This document shows positions 1 to 9,950 of a stretch of 64,000 bases of DNA, piece after piece. Numbering within the stretch: position 1 is the stretch's first letter; each line of letters opens with the position of its first letter. The notes beneath the pieces were generated by a model. The model was not told the DNA's origin. It saw nothing but the letters and a program-made list of their open reading frames with translations, and searched no databases. The translations under genes and the position numbers were made by a program. Origin of the DNA: an uncultured delta proteobacterium (GTDB taxonomy: Bacteria > Myxococcota_A > Polyangia > Polyangiales > Polyangiaceae); NCBI GenBank assembly GCA_963841435.1, contig CAWJCS010000003.1:288001-352000 (forward strand), in the 5' to 3' direction.

Positions 1-1
1 C

Positions 2-700
2 GAGCTCACCCTCGACAACGGCGTCATGGAATACCAGGGGATCAACGTTCTGGAGACCAGCGCGGGCCGGATCTTCGTGCGCAGCTGCGGCGTAGCTCGC
101 GACAAGGACTCGGACGCTCGCATCATCCCCGATTTCGAGGCCACCACGAGCGGAGCCAACGCCTTTCTCAACACGGGGAAATGGGTGGCGACCCGCGAGC
201 TGACGAGCGGGATGATGAAGCTCGACGTCTACGACGTCTCTTCCGTGACGCCGGGCGAGCCGCTCGTCGAGCTCAAAAAGCCCACTGGGGTGCCTCCACA
301 GCCGTGGGAATGCAACCTGACCAAGGGCACTCAAGGCGCGCAGGTGTTCACCGAGAACGTCTCCCTGGGAGGGTCCTACGGCATCAACAACGCCAAGTAC
401 GGATCCCGCAACATCATCCCCATCACCGGTGGGACCACCACCGGCAAGGTCACCGGTATGATCCTCAACGGCGGTGCCGACTATCAGCTCTCTGGCTCAC
501 TGGACGCCTGGTACACCCTCGCTCCGGACAATGGCGAATTCATCCTGGTCAGGAATTGCGGCGCCACAGGGGGGCTCATCCCGTGGTTCGAGGCCAAGGT
601 CAACGGCGCCTACGACTTCCTCAACACTCAGGCCTACCTGAGCTCCCCCCCAGGGGTCGGCGGCGGGGGTGTGTCCATTACGTTCTACGACCGAAAATGA
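2..700 (+). CDS. DUF3237-like protein, apparently two tandem domains (5' partial)
   Basis: Frame is open from the window edge. RNIIPITGG..G.ILNGGADYQ...WFEA...YDFLN resembles DUF3237, and an earlier half repeats the pattern (VRSCG..PDFEA..AFLN). Confidence 0.6.
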   Translation, partial: ELTLDNGVMEYQGINVLETSAGRIFVRSCGVARDKDSDARIIPDFEATTSGANAFLNTGKWVATRELTSGMMKLDVYDVSSVTPGEPLVELKKPTGVPPQPWECNLTKGTQGAQVFTENVSLGGSYGINNAKYGSRNIIPITGGTTTGKVTGMILNGGADYQLSGSLDAWYTLAPDNGEFILVRNCGATGGLIPWFEAKVNGAYDFLNTQAYLSSPPGVGGGGVSITFYDRK

Positions 701-763
701 CGAGCCGGGTCCGGGCTCATCGAGCGCGAGGACTCGCGCGGGCGCCGCCACGACGGACGTAGG

Positions 764-1507
764 TTATCCCGGCAGAACCCCGAGCTCCCGGAGCCCAGGC
801 AGGATCACCCCGTCGATCGCCTCGTCCACGGCTCCGCCGACGACCTCGGACGAAAGGTACCCGAGCGCATGCAGCGCGGGATCCCCCACCCGGCTCGTGG
901 ACTGCCACACCAAACGGACGAGCCGCGTCATCTCCGGAACGTAGCCTGCGAGCATCGATCGGTCCCGCGCGCCGAGCCCCGGCCAACCGAGCAGCGCCCA
1001 ACCGAGCCGCGAATGCCCGACTTCTTCCGACAGGTGCTGCTGGTTCAACCGCCGCGCGCTCGGCACCGTGATGAGCTGATGCGAAGCCCTGAGCACGTGC
1101 ACGGCCACGGTCTCGCTGAAACAACAGCCGAATACCGTGCGCAGCAGGCGATTGTCGTGCGCCGACGCTCCCTCGAGCTCGAGTGGCCGCGTGCCGGTGA
1201 GCTCCGGCAGCACGGAGCGCTCCCCGTCCACGAGCCGCGCCCAGCGCTGACAGTAGTCAACGTGCCGGTGCTCGTCCGAGATCGCCTTCTCGGCGAGCGC
1301 CGTCAGCTCGGCTGGAGCGCCCTCCACGTGCAGATCGTCCAGCATGAACTCGAACGTCAGGGCCGTCGTCAGCTCCCCACTCGCGCGGTCAACCCAGTAG
1401 GCGTGGAGCTTGTCTCGCTGAGCGGAGGAGAGCCCAGCCAAGGCGTCGCGCGTCTCGGGCTTCTCGAGCTCTCGATCGATCTGCCGGTAGACGGCAGGCA
1501 AGCTCAC
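764..1507 (-). CDS. Ferritin-like (diiron carboxylate) domain protein
   Basis: E / DEHRH / E / EEVGH ligand pattern. GTG start at 1507 overlaps the upstream TGA (GTGA). Confidence 0.75.
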   Translation of the reverse strand: MSLPAVYRQIDRELEKPETRDALAGLSSAQRDKLHAYWVDRASGELTTALTFEFMLDDLHVEGAPAELTALAEKAISDEHRHVDYCQRWARLVDGERSVLPELTGTRPLELEGASAHDNRLLRTVFGCCFSETVAVHVLRASHQLITVPSARRLNQQHLSEEVGHSRLGWALLGWPGLGARDRSMLAGYVPEMTRLVRLVWQSTSRVGDPALHALGYLSSEVVGGAVDEAIDGVILPGLRELGVLPG

Positions 1508-2118
1508 TTCAAGATCCCGGTGAAGGCGCAGGGACACAGCGTGACGCCTTCGTCGCAGCGGATCGCGCTGACCTTGGTGCCGGACGAAAGGCTCACGCAC
1601 GGGCCGCACATGGATTCGTCCACCACGCATTCGCAGTTCACCGGGAGCTGACTCCCGCGGGCCGTCACAGCGAGCTGACAGAGAAACTGGGCGCCCGGCT
1701 CGCAGTCGTCGGGGCCCCGAGGGCGAGACGGATCGACCGGACAGCTTTCCGCGACCTCGACCCCGTAGCCGTAGCCCGCGAGCGGGCCGCTCGTGTAGTC
1801 GCACGACATGACGAGACCCCGGCAGTCCCACTGCGCCGTGACGCTGGCATCGGGCGGGATCTCGCCACCGCCGGCTCCCGCAGCCCCACCCGCGGCGCCG
1901 ACGCCGGTTCCGCCGCTGAGAGCGATGACGCCGCCGCTTCCGGCACCGGAAGAGCCGCCGCCCGCCCCGCTGCTCCCACCCGTCGGTTGGGGACCGCCCG
2001 CGCTGCCGGCGTCGTCCGTCTCGCCGTGCGTGACCGACTCACCGCCGCAGTGCGCTGCGGCGAGGCCCGCGCCCACCACGACCAGGGTGTGAAAGAGGCG
2101 GGAGCTTTGGCGTGTCAT
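1504..2118 (-). CDS. Cys-rich putative lipoprotein (12-Cys domain), paralog A
   Basis: Signal peptide with lipobox-like AAHC, Gly-rich linker, 12-Cys C-terminal domain ending CPCAFTGILK. ATGA overlap with paralog B. Confidence 0.8.
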   Translation of the reverse strand: MTRQSSRLFHTLVVVGAGLAAAHCGGESVTHGETDDAGSAGGPQPTGGSSGAGGGSSGAGSGGVIALSGGTGVGAAGGAAGAGGGEIPPDASVTAQWDCRGLVMSCDYTSGPLAGYGYGVEVAESCPVDPSRPRGPDDCEPGAQFLCQLAVTARGSQLPVNCECVVDESMCGPCVSLSSGTKVSAIRCDEGVTLCPCAFTGILK

Positions 2119-2702
2119 TTGGGGATGAGGATGCCGGTGATGGCGCAAGGGCAGACCTTGCTGGCGCCGTCACAGAACCCCTCGATCGGTCTGGGCGTGA
2201 AGGGGCTCACGCACGTGCAGTCTGCCGCGACGGGCTCGCAGCTGCAGTTCACGAGCAGGGGCTCATCGGAGACCGTGACGACCAGGTGGCAAGTGAAGCG
2301 CTCGTCGGACGCGCAGTCGGACGCGTCGCGGGGGCGGTCCAACTCGACCGGGCACGCATCGGCGAGCAGCTGCCAGGCCGAGGGCGGGGGGCCGCTGCAA
2401 GCGCCAACGAGATCCGTGCAATTCCATTGAGCCTCGGAGCCAGGCTCGGGGATGCCCGCGCTACCCGCGGCGCCACCGGGCGCGGGCTCCCCGGCACTTC
2501 CCGCGCTGCCGCCGGCCGTTCCCGCGCTTCCGCCGGCCGTTCCCGCGCTCCCGCCGGCCGTTCCCGCGCTCCCGCCGTCGCCGGCACCTCCGGCGGGGGT
2601 GCCCTTGCGATCCGAGCGGCCCGCGCAAGCGGCCACGGAAAGGCTCGCGCCGACGACGACGAGGGCGTGGAAAAAATGCGCCATGGATTTTGCCTGCCGC
2701 AC
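2115..2702 (-). CDS. Cys-rich putative lipoprotein (12-Cys domain), paralog B
   Basis: Signal peptide with VAAC lipobox, GGSAGTA repeats, 12-Cys domain ending CPCAITGILIPK. Alternative start at ATG 2684. Confidence 0.8.
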   Translation of the reverse strand: MRQAKSMAHFFHALVVVGASLSVAACAGRSDRKGTPAGGAGDGGSAGTAGGSAGTAGGSAGTAGGSAGSAGEPAPGGAAGSAGIPEPGSEAQWNCTDLVGACSGPPPSAWQLLADACPVELDRPRDASDCASDERFTCHLVVTVSDEPLLVNCSCEPVAADCTCVSPFTPRPIEGFCDGASKVCPCAITGILIPK

Positions 2703-2958
2703 CTAGTGTCGGCCCCAACTCCCTTCCGTCGAAGGAAATCCGCAGGGGCCCCGGCGAGGACCGCGAAAGAACGTGGGCCGAGGGACTCGGCCGCTCGGAC
2801 GACTAGCGCGGGCAAAGTTCCCCTGATCACGCGCGGCGATCGAGCTTCCGTCCAAGCACACCGCGCTCCTGGAGTGGCCGAGGCTCAGTGGGGCAACGCA
2901 GCGTTGGTGTGGCCGTCGCGCGACGAGATCGGCCGCGCGCTGCAGCGGGCCGACCGCG

Positions 2959-3927
2959 TCAACCGCGCGGGGCAACCCTCGCCGCGAGGCGATCGAACAC
3001 GGTCCAGAATTGGGAGCGATATCCGTCGACCTCCATCAGGATCTCGTGGAACGCCGAGGGCACCTCGGCGTAGGTGCCGTCCTTTAGGCGCGCCGCGAAA
3101 CGACGGATCGGACCGTTGTTCACGACGTGGTCGTCGCCCGCCGCCACGACCGAAACCGGGCACGACAGGCGCTCGGCCGCAAAAGCTTCCGAGAGGCGCC
3201 CGCGGAGCTCGAGGCCAAACTTCAACCAGCGCCAGGTTGGCTCGCCGAGGCGAAGCTCGGGGTGAGCGCGGTAGAGTGCCAGCGCTTTCTCGTAGCGGGC
3301 CCGATCGTGCGTGAGAACGTTGTCTTCGAACGGCACGCCCAACGGATCGCTCTGCTTTCTCGCCAGATTCGTGCCGCGGCCGAGCGCGACGGCGACGGCG
3401 ACCACCGGGCGAGCCAGCCAGACGGGGATGCTGCCGGTCGAAAACTCCATCATCGGCGCGCACAGCACAGCGCCGTCGAAGTGGGCGATCCCGTCCGAAA
3501 GCGCCAGCGTGGTGAGCGCTGCGCCCATGGAATGCCCCATCGCGATCCAGGGTCGCGGCAAGTGCTCGGTTTGTGACGCCACAACGTCCGCGAAGTCCGA
3601 AAGGAAAGCGCCACAGCCCCCGACCACGTCACCGCGCAGGGGGTCGTCGAGAAAGCGCGTGGAGCACCCCTGCCCTGCCCAGTCGTGGAGCACGACGACG
3701 AAGCCGCGCGCCACGAGGTCGCGCGCCACCTCGCCGTACTTTTCGATCGGCTCGGTTCGACCAGGGCTGAAGACGACGGCCCCCCGCGGCAGCCCGCGCG
3801 GCGTGAAGCGCGCCACGCGCAGGCGTTAACCGGAGCTCGCGAATAGCCACTCCGCGGACCCTTCGGGCAGCTCGAACGCCCCCTGCACATGCCGGAGCGG
3901 CGCGGGCTCGGTTCGGAGCACGAGCAT
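2959..3927 (-). pseudogene. Lysophospholipase-like alpha/beta hydrolase with in-frame TAA at 3826-3828
   Basis: PGRTEPIEKY, DWAGQG, GHSMG and FHEILME motifs. The upstream segment (MLVL..AEWLFASSG*RLRVARF) is in the same frame across a single stop. Confidence 0.7.
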
Positions 3928-4200
3928 CCTCAGGGCCGCGCAGCACGATCCAGGCGCACGAGGAACACGCCGGGGCCATCTGCTCGCAGGAGATTGTCGT
4001 GGCCGAAGTCGGCAAGAAAGCCAATTGCCCTCACCGCGCCAGTGTATCGCGACTCGACGCCGACGCCCGGCGACTTGCTTCACGGCGTTTTACGACTCGG
4101 GTGGTTCCGTCGCGACGACCAGGGGGTTCTTCGCTTTGGTTGGACAGCACGCTCGCGGCGTGGAACGTCGACACGAGCACTTTTCCCGCGATTTCAAATC

Positions 4201-5745
4201 ATGCGCAGACTTATCGTTCCTGGCGTGCTGTTGGCGTCGCTCGCCATCGCGTGCGGTGGGACCGAGCCTGCTTCGTCGACGGCGAGCGGCGGAAACGGCG
4301 CAGCGGTCGGCGGCACGGCGAACGCTGGCGCGAGCGCGGGCACTTCGGCGCAGAGCGGCGGCGCGACGCAGAGCGGCGGCGCGGGCGGCAGTGCGGGCGC
4401 TGGTGCCACCCTTGGCGGAGCGGGGAACGGCGCGGGAGCGCCAGGTGGTAGCGGGGCGGGCGGAGCAGGAACGGGCGGCACCGAAACGGGCGGGGCCGGC
4501 ACGAGCGGCGCCGGAAGCAGCGGCGCTCCTTTCGGCAGTGCGGGCGACGCCGGAAGCAGCGGATCTCCGAGCGGCGGCGCGGGCGGCGACGCGAGCGGGG
4601 GGACGCAGAACGGCGGAACCGCGGGCGGAAGCGGAACCGCGGGCGGAAGCGGAACCGCGGGCGCCGGTGGCGCGGATCCCGGTAACCCGTGCACGAGCGG
4701 GACGGGCGGCGCCGCGACGAGCCTGCGCGACAAGTACGCGCCTTGTTTTCCGGTCGGCGCTGCCGTCGATGCTCAATCGTACATGACGCACGCGGCCTTG
4801 CTGACGAAGCACTTCAACAGTGTCACTGCCGAAAACGACATGAAGTTCGACGCGCTCGAGCCCAACGAAGGGCAGTTTACCTATGGGACGGCGGACAACA
4901 TCGTCAGCTTCGCGACGAGCAACGGGATGAAGGTCCGCGGCCACGCCCTGGTCTGGCACCGACAGACCCCGGCGTGGGTGTTCGCGAACGCCTCGAAGGA
5001 CGTGCTCCTACAGCGGATGCGGAATCACATCGACAACGTGATGAAGCATTTCAGCGGGAAGGTCTACGCCTGGGACGTCGTCAACGAAGCGATGATGGAG
5101 GACGGCGACTATCGTAAGGGCGACGAGACCAACGACGATCAGAAGAGCCAGTGGTACGCGCTCGCCGGCGCCGACTACATCGCGGAAGCGTTTCGCGCCG
5201 CGCGCGCGGCCGACCCCAACGCCAAGCTCTTTTACAACGACTACTACAACTACCTGCCGATCAAGCAGCAGGGCATCCACGACATGCTCAAGGGCCTCCT
5301 CGACCAGGGCGTGCCCGTCAACGGCGTCGGTCTGCAGTGCCACCTGAACATCGAGCCTTCCACGGACTCGACCAATCAGGCCTACTACCAAGCGGTCAAC
5401 CACCTCGAGGACGCCATCAAGCTCTACGCTTCGTTGGGCCTCGAAGTTCAGATCACCGAGCTCGACGTGTCGCTCTACATTCCCGGCATTACTTACACGT
5501 CGAGCCAGTTCTACACCGAGGCGACGTTCACCGACGCTCTGAAGACCCAGCAAGCAGCACGCTATCAGAGCTTTTTCGAGCTCTTCCGCAAGTACGCGGG
5601 CGTCGTCACGGGGGTGACGTTCTGGGGCGTCGCCGACGACAACACCTGGCTCTCCGAGTTCAGCTCCGGTCGCAAGGATTTTCCGCTGTTGTTCGACACG
5701 AGCCACCAGCCCAAGAAGGCCTACGACGCGGTCGTGAATTTCTGA
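4201..5745 (+). CDS. GH10 endo-1,4-beta-xylanase, lipoprotein with Gly-rich linker
   Basis: LAIAC lipobox; AENDMK, RGHALVWH, WDVVNE, LFYNDY and ITELDV motifs. Confidence 0.93.
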   Translation: MRRLIVPGVLLASLAIACGGTEPASSTASGGNGAAVGGTANAGASAGTSAQSGGATQSGGAGGSAGAGATLGGAGNGAGAPGGSGAGGAGTGGTETGGAGTSGAGSSGAPFGSAGDAGSSGSPSGGAGGDASGGTQNGGTAGGSGTAGGSGTAGAGGADPGNPCTSGTGGAATSLRDKYAPCFPVGAAVDAQSYMTHAALLTKHFNSVTAENDMKFDALEPNEGQFTYGTADNIVSFATSNGMKVRGHALVWHRQTPAWVFANASKDVLLQRMRNHIDNVMKHFSGKVYAWDVVNEAMMEDGDYRKGDETNDDQKSQWYALAGADYIAEAFRAARAADPNAKLFYNDYYNYLPIKQQGIHDMLKGLLDQGVPVNGVGLQCHLNIEPSTDSTNQAYYQAVNHLEDAIKLYASLGLEVQITELDVSLYIPGITYTSSQFYTEATFTDALKTQQAARYQSFFELFRKYAGVVTGVTFWGVADDNTWLSEFSSGRKDFPLLFDTSHQPKKAYDAVVNF

Positions 5746-5818
5746 GCCTGCAGCTCTCTCACTGCCGAGCTGCAGGCGTCCCGCTCGGGTGCTGGACGCC
5801 AGAGGAGGCGCGAGCTAC

Positions 5819-6523
5819 ATGCCCGCCATGCGGATCTCGGACCCCAAGCTCGAGAAGCAGTTCATCAAGCGTATTCTGGCCAAACCCCTGGCCAATCGCG
5901 TCGTCGAGCTCGCGACGCACCCTCTCGCTTCGCTGAGAAAGGTGCGAGATCGTTGGTACGAGACCTCCCATCCGGGGTACCCGCTGCTGACGCCCGGCGC
6001 GAACGAGTTCCTCGAGCGGAATATCACCGGTGAAATGGTCGGCTTCGAGTGGGGGAGCGGCGGGAGCACGCTCTGGTTCGCGCGCCATAGCAAGCGCCTG
6101 ATCAGCATCGAGCACGACGAGCGCTGGCATCGCGAGATCGGTCGGCAGCTGCAAGCGCTGGGCCTCACCAACGTGGACTATCGGCACGTGCCACTCGATC
6201 ACGAGGAGTCGGCGCCGACCGTTCCCGTGTACGAGGTACAGCCGCGCTATGTGGCCGAGATCGCGGCGATGCCCGACGAGAGCTTCGACTACTGCCTGAT
6301 CGACGGTCACTACCGACAGGCCTGCCTGCTGGCGGCGTTGCCCAAGGTCCGTGTGGGCGGGCTGCTCGTGGTGGACGACACGCACTGGATGCCGCTCGAG
6401 CGCTGGGGAGTCCCCGCAAGCTGGGAGATCGCCGCCCAGAAGCCGAGCAGCATGAAGACGACGACCATCCTGAGAAAGCCCGCACCGACCACGGCGAGGG
6501 TGGCAGCCGACTCGGCTCGCTGA
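5819..6523 (+). CDS. Class I SAM-dependent methyltransferase-like protein
   Basis: FEWGSGGST, SIEHD, IDG..R and GGLLVVDD motifs; GAGGAGG RBS before ATG 5819. Confidence 0.75.
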   Translation: MPAMRISDPKLEKQFIKRILAKPLANRVVELATHPLASLRKVRDRWYETSHPGYPLLTPGANEFLERNITGEMVGFEWGSGGSTLWFARHSKRLISIEHDERWHREIGRQLQALGLTNVDYRHVPLDHEESAPTVPVYEVQPRYVAEIAAMPDESFDYCLIDGHYRQACLLAALPKVRVGGLLVVDDTHWMPLERWGVPASWEIAAQKPSSMKTTTILRKPAPTTARVAADSAR

Positions 6524-6691
6524 GCGAACGCCAGCCTGCAAATCCAGCTCGCGACGCGTTCGATCGGCTTGAGGCGAGCGCTCACGCGCCCCTGCAGCAG
6601 GCGTGACCCGGTCGGTGGTCCTGGCTCACTCGTGAGCGGAGCTCGGCCTCAACTGGCGAAGATGCGCGGGCACACGAGCCCGGCTCCTGCT

Positions 6692-7705
6692 CTATCGGAC
6701 GGCCCGGCGTCGCCGCCCGTGCCCCCATCGCGCCAGCATTGCCGCAGCAAAGAGCGCACCAATCGCGCCGTTCGGCCTTGCGCCCGTGCTCACGGTGCAA
6801 CCCGCGGCCTGCCCGGATGAGGTTCCAGCGGGCTCGCGCTCTTCGACGGGGGTCGCGCCGACGGCGACGAATGCACGGCGCACGAGTGCGGCGTAGGGCG
6901 CCACTTTCACGAAGAGGTGGCGCTGTCCCGCTTCCTCGCACGCGTCGGCGACCGTTCCCCTCGAGTAGACGCCGACGACGGCCCCGCTGTCCGCGGCGAA
7001 CGCCGGGCCTCCCTCGTCGCCCGCGCACGGGCCGTCATCGGTCACGAACATGCGCGGCGTGATGACCCCTGTACCCTGGGTGGTGTCGTCGGGCCCGACG
7101 CCGAGCACGCGAACGCCGTCCCGCCGTGCGCGAACGAAGGGGCCAGGCGTGGGTGGCCCCTCCCCGTAACCCATGACCGTCAAGGTTTCGCCGAGCGAAA
7201 CGTCCCGCTCGAGACGCAGTGCCGCTGGCGGCGCGGGCAAATCGCGATCGAGGGCCACGAGCGCTATGTCATCGATGCAAAGCTCGGTCGAGCCGGAGCC
7301 GAAGATCTCCATGCCGTAGGCCGCCGGTTCCATCTGGGCAGCGCTGGGACCGAAATACGCCGCGACGTCACTCGGGGGAACCGGCTCGGCCAGCCACCCG
7401 CTGCCGTCGTCAGGGGGACTGAGGCTGCCATCGGATTCGCATCGGAACGGCTTGGCCACGGATGGCGCCACGCAATGCAGGGCCGTGAGCACGAGGTTCG
7501 GCGCGACCAGAGTACCCGTGCAGACCCGACCCACATAAGGCATGGGGGCCGTCATCTGGATCTGAACGACCGCATTGTCAGCCTCTCCGGATAGCTCGCC
7601 GCCGGCGATGGCGGTGCGCTCGGTCGCCGTGGGGAAATCCGACGGCGCGCCGCAAGCCGCGAGGCTCAGGCCGAGAACGGACGCGAGTCGCACCGAGACG
7701 CTCAT
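6692..7705 (-). CDS. Trypsin-like (S1) protease homolog, lipoprotein with MYXO-CTERM-like tail; catalytic Ser replaced
   Basis: LAAC lipobox; CTGTLVAPNLVLTALHC and DIAL; GDEGGP in place of GDSGGP; C-terminal GC..hydrophobic..RRRR. Confidence 0.8.
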   Translation of the reverse strand: MSVSVRLASVLGLSLAACGAPSDFPTATERTAIAGGELSGEADNAVVQIQMTAPMPYVGRVCTGTLVAPNLVLTALHCVAPSVAKPFRCESDGSLSPPDDGSGWLAEPVPPSDVAAYFGPSAAQMEPAAYGMEIFGSGSTELCIDDIALVALDRDLPAPPAALRLERDVSLGETLTVMGYGEGPPTPGPFVRARRDGVRVLGVGPDDTTQGTGVITPRMFVTDDGPCAGDEGGPAFAADSGAVVGVYSRGTVADACEEAGQRHLFVKVAPYAALVRRAFVAVGATPVEEREPAGTSSGQAAGCTVSTGARPNGAIGALFAAAMLARWGHGRRRRAVR

Positions 7706-7751
7706 CCGTTTGGCCCTGGCACGCGGCCGCGCGCGCGGCAATAAAGTCCTC

Positions 7752-8249
7752 TCAGGGATTGGTCCCAATACGGCCAAGCTTGCGCCGGGCCCGCGTGACG
7801 GTCGTCGAGACGGTCGAGATCGCGACGCCCAGGGTGGCGGCGATGACTTTGTTCGCCTGGCCTTGCTCGACCAGGGACAGGACCTCGACCTCGCGCGGGG
7901 AAAGGCTGCAGCCGCTTCGGCGCGGCGCGGCGCGGCCGACTCCCAGGACGGCCCGAAGCTCCCGACGACTCGCCACACCGAGCTTCCGGTACGCGGCGTG
8001 GAGCTGGTTGGCGGTGGTATGCAGGGACGTGCCGCGGAGCTCCGCCACGTGCTGGTTGGAGAAACCACGCGTGGCAAGCTCCACGGCTTGGCGCTCCGCC
8101 GGAGTGAGGACGTTCGTCGCAGAGGCTCGCTCGCCGTCGGGGTCGACCGTGTCGAACATGGGGGCCGACAGCCCGAAGAGCACAGGGCGTGCCGCCCCGT
8201 TGGTGGCCAAGAAGCGGCCGCGCGCGTGCACCGAGCGTGTGCGCCGCAC
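7752..8249 (-). CDS. Regulator with two tandem LuxR-type HTH domains
   Basis: LTPAE..GFSN..VA...YRKLGV and LSPRE..GQANKVIA...RRKLG. Start is uncertain. Confidence 0.8.
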   Translation of the reverse strand: MRRTRSVHARGRFLATNGAARPVLFGLSAPMFDTVDPDGERASATNVLTPAERQAVELATRGFSNQHVAELRGTSLHTTANQLHAAYRKLGVASRRELRAVLGVGRAAPRRSGCSLSPREVEVLSLVEQGQANKVIAATLGVAISTVSTTVTRARRKLGRIGTNP

Positions 8250-8309
8250 AGGTCATGGTGCCCCGCAGCGGTGTGACGTCCGCCGCGAACCCGGGTGGGA
8301 GACGACGCG

Positions 8310-9950
8310 TCACGGGAAGGGGAAACAGGGGAAGTCGCCCACCAGGTGGCCCTCGCCATCCAGTCTCAGCACGTCCGCGTGGTCGACGCTGGCCGAGTCG
8401 ATGCAGAACACCGTACCCGGTGAAACCCTGGCGCCGGTGTCCGGGTCGAAGTCCGGCGGGCCCATGGTCCCGTTCAACGTGATGCTGCTGTTGGGAGTCT
8501 GCAGTGCCACATAGGCCCCGGGTAGATCATCGGGTCCAACGTCGAACTCCAATCGCCCCGCGAGTAGCCGCCGCATGCCCTGCGCGAGGTCAGCCCCAAT
8601 CAACGGCGAAACGGGCCCAGCTGCAGCGGCGGCGTAGATTAGGTGGTAGGCGGCGTCGTAGTAGTTCTCGTAGCCTTGCATTCCCGCGGAGGCCGGATAG
8701 GCCGCATCGAAACGGGCCAGGTAGGCGTCGTAGAGCGCCGGGTCGGCGGCGGCGGCGTAGTTCACGCCGATCATGCGGGTCTTGACGTTGCAGCTCGGTG
8801 TGACCTCTGCGTCGCACTGCATTGGAGCGCGGGCGAGCGTCGTATCGATGAAGTAGTTGTAGTTTCCCAGCGACAGGAGGTAGGTGGGCGGGTGCGTCGA
8901 CATGGAGGACTCGAGCGCAGGGATGAAAACGTCGAAAAATTCGCTGGCTGCCGCGCTGATCACCACGTGTGGCGCGAAGTCGCGAAGACCCTGAATCGCC
9001 TCGGAGTAGTCCGGAGCCTTCGTCGCGGGCGCGGCAGACGAGATCGAGAAAGCACGAAAATAGTCCGGTGCGTTGTCCTGGGCGGATTTCCCGTTGAACT
9101 CGATGACGCTGGTGACGGCTGTGGCCAATTCGGCGAGCACGACGTAGTCGTCGGCCCTCACCAGCGCGACCCGGACCTTCTCGTTGTCTCCGAGCGCTCC
9201 CGTGTTGTGCAGGTGCTCGATGGTGAGGTCGAGCAGGGGTGCATAGGTGGGTGCGAGCGCTGCTCCGCCCGGGAGCTCGGCCCAGATCAGCCCATCGTCC
9301 GTCAGGTCGGCCACCGCTTGCTCCGAGCCGAGCGCGCTCATGAAGAAGACGTGGCGACGGTGCCCAGCGCGTTCGAAAGCATGCAGGAGGTTGACCGTGT
9401 CCAGCATGGAGAGGATGCCGGGAACCCCGAGGTCGTCGATCAAATGATCGACGGCGGCATCGAAGAGCTCGGGGGCCTCATAGTGATTTTTGCACACCAC
9501 CGCCAAGATCGGACGCCGCTTGCCATTGGCGCCGGGTAGCCCTCCCACGGCGCGCGTGACTTCGGTGAACGCCAGGTCGATGTTGCGCGCTCGGTCGCTG
9601 TAAAGCGACGCCGGCACGTCCGAGAAAACGCCGAAGATCACGGGGTCGGGGTCGCTGCTTCGCAAGTTCTTCAGCCAGTTCGATCCGGTCTGCGGCAAAA
9701 GGAGAGGGCAATCCGGCGTCAGGAGCTTCACGCAGCTACCACTGACACACGCGGACGGGTCGTATTCGCCGGTCTCCGCGAGGCACTCCGCGTTCGTCGT
9801 GCACGCGGGATAGGCGTCATTCCCGACATTGCCGGTCGCCTCCGGGCGAGGCGTGGCCTCCTCGATGCCGAGAATCGAGTTGCACGCGGACAAGGCCCAG
9901 AGGAGCGCGAAGCGTGGCACGCAACGCTTGCCTCGCTCAGAACCGAACAT
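8310..9950 (-). CDS. Lipoprotein with Cys-rich N-terminus and periplasmic-binding-protein type I-like domain
   Basis: LSAC lipobox, Cys cluster, then ENYYDAAY and GTMGPPDFD patterns typical of LivJ-like folds. Confidence 0.6.
   Translation of the reverse strand: MFGSERGKRCVPRFALLWALSACNSILGIEEATPRPEATGNVGNDAYPACTTNAECLAETGEYDPSACVSGSCVKLLTPDCPLLLPQTGSNWLKNLRSSDPDPVIFGVFSDVPASLYSDRARNIDLAFTEVTRAVGGLPGANGKRRPILAVVCKNHYEAPELFDAAVDHLIDDLGVPGILSMLDTVNLLHAFERAGHRRHVFFMSALGSEQAVADLTDDGLIWAELPGGAALAPTYAPLLDLTIEHLHNTGALGDNEKVRVALVRADDYVVLAELATAVTSVIEFNGKSAQDNAPDYFRAFSISSAAPATKAPDYSEAIQGLRDFAPHVVISAAASEFFDVFIPALESSMSTHPPTYLLSLGNYNYFIDTTLARAPMQCDAEVTPSCNVKTRMIGVNYAAAADPALYDAYLARFDAAYPASAGMQGYENYYDAAYHLIYAAAAAGPVSPLIGADLAQGMRRLLAGRLEFDVGPDDLPGAYVALQTPNSSITLNGTMGPPDFDPDTGARVSPGTVFCIDSASVDHADVLRLDGEGHLVGDFPCFPFP

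Noticed and set aside
2703-2806. Second CTAG-bounded segment as a MITE
   Set aside because: Inverted complementarity extends only about 5 bp.
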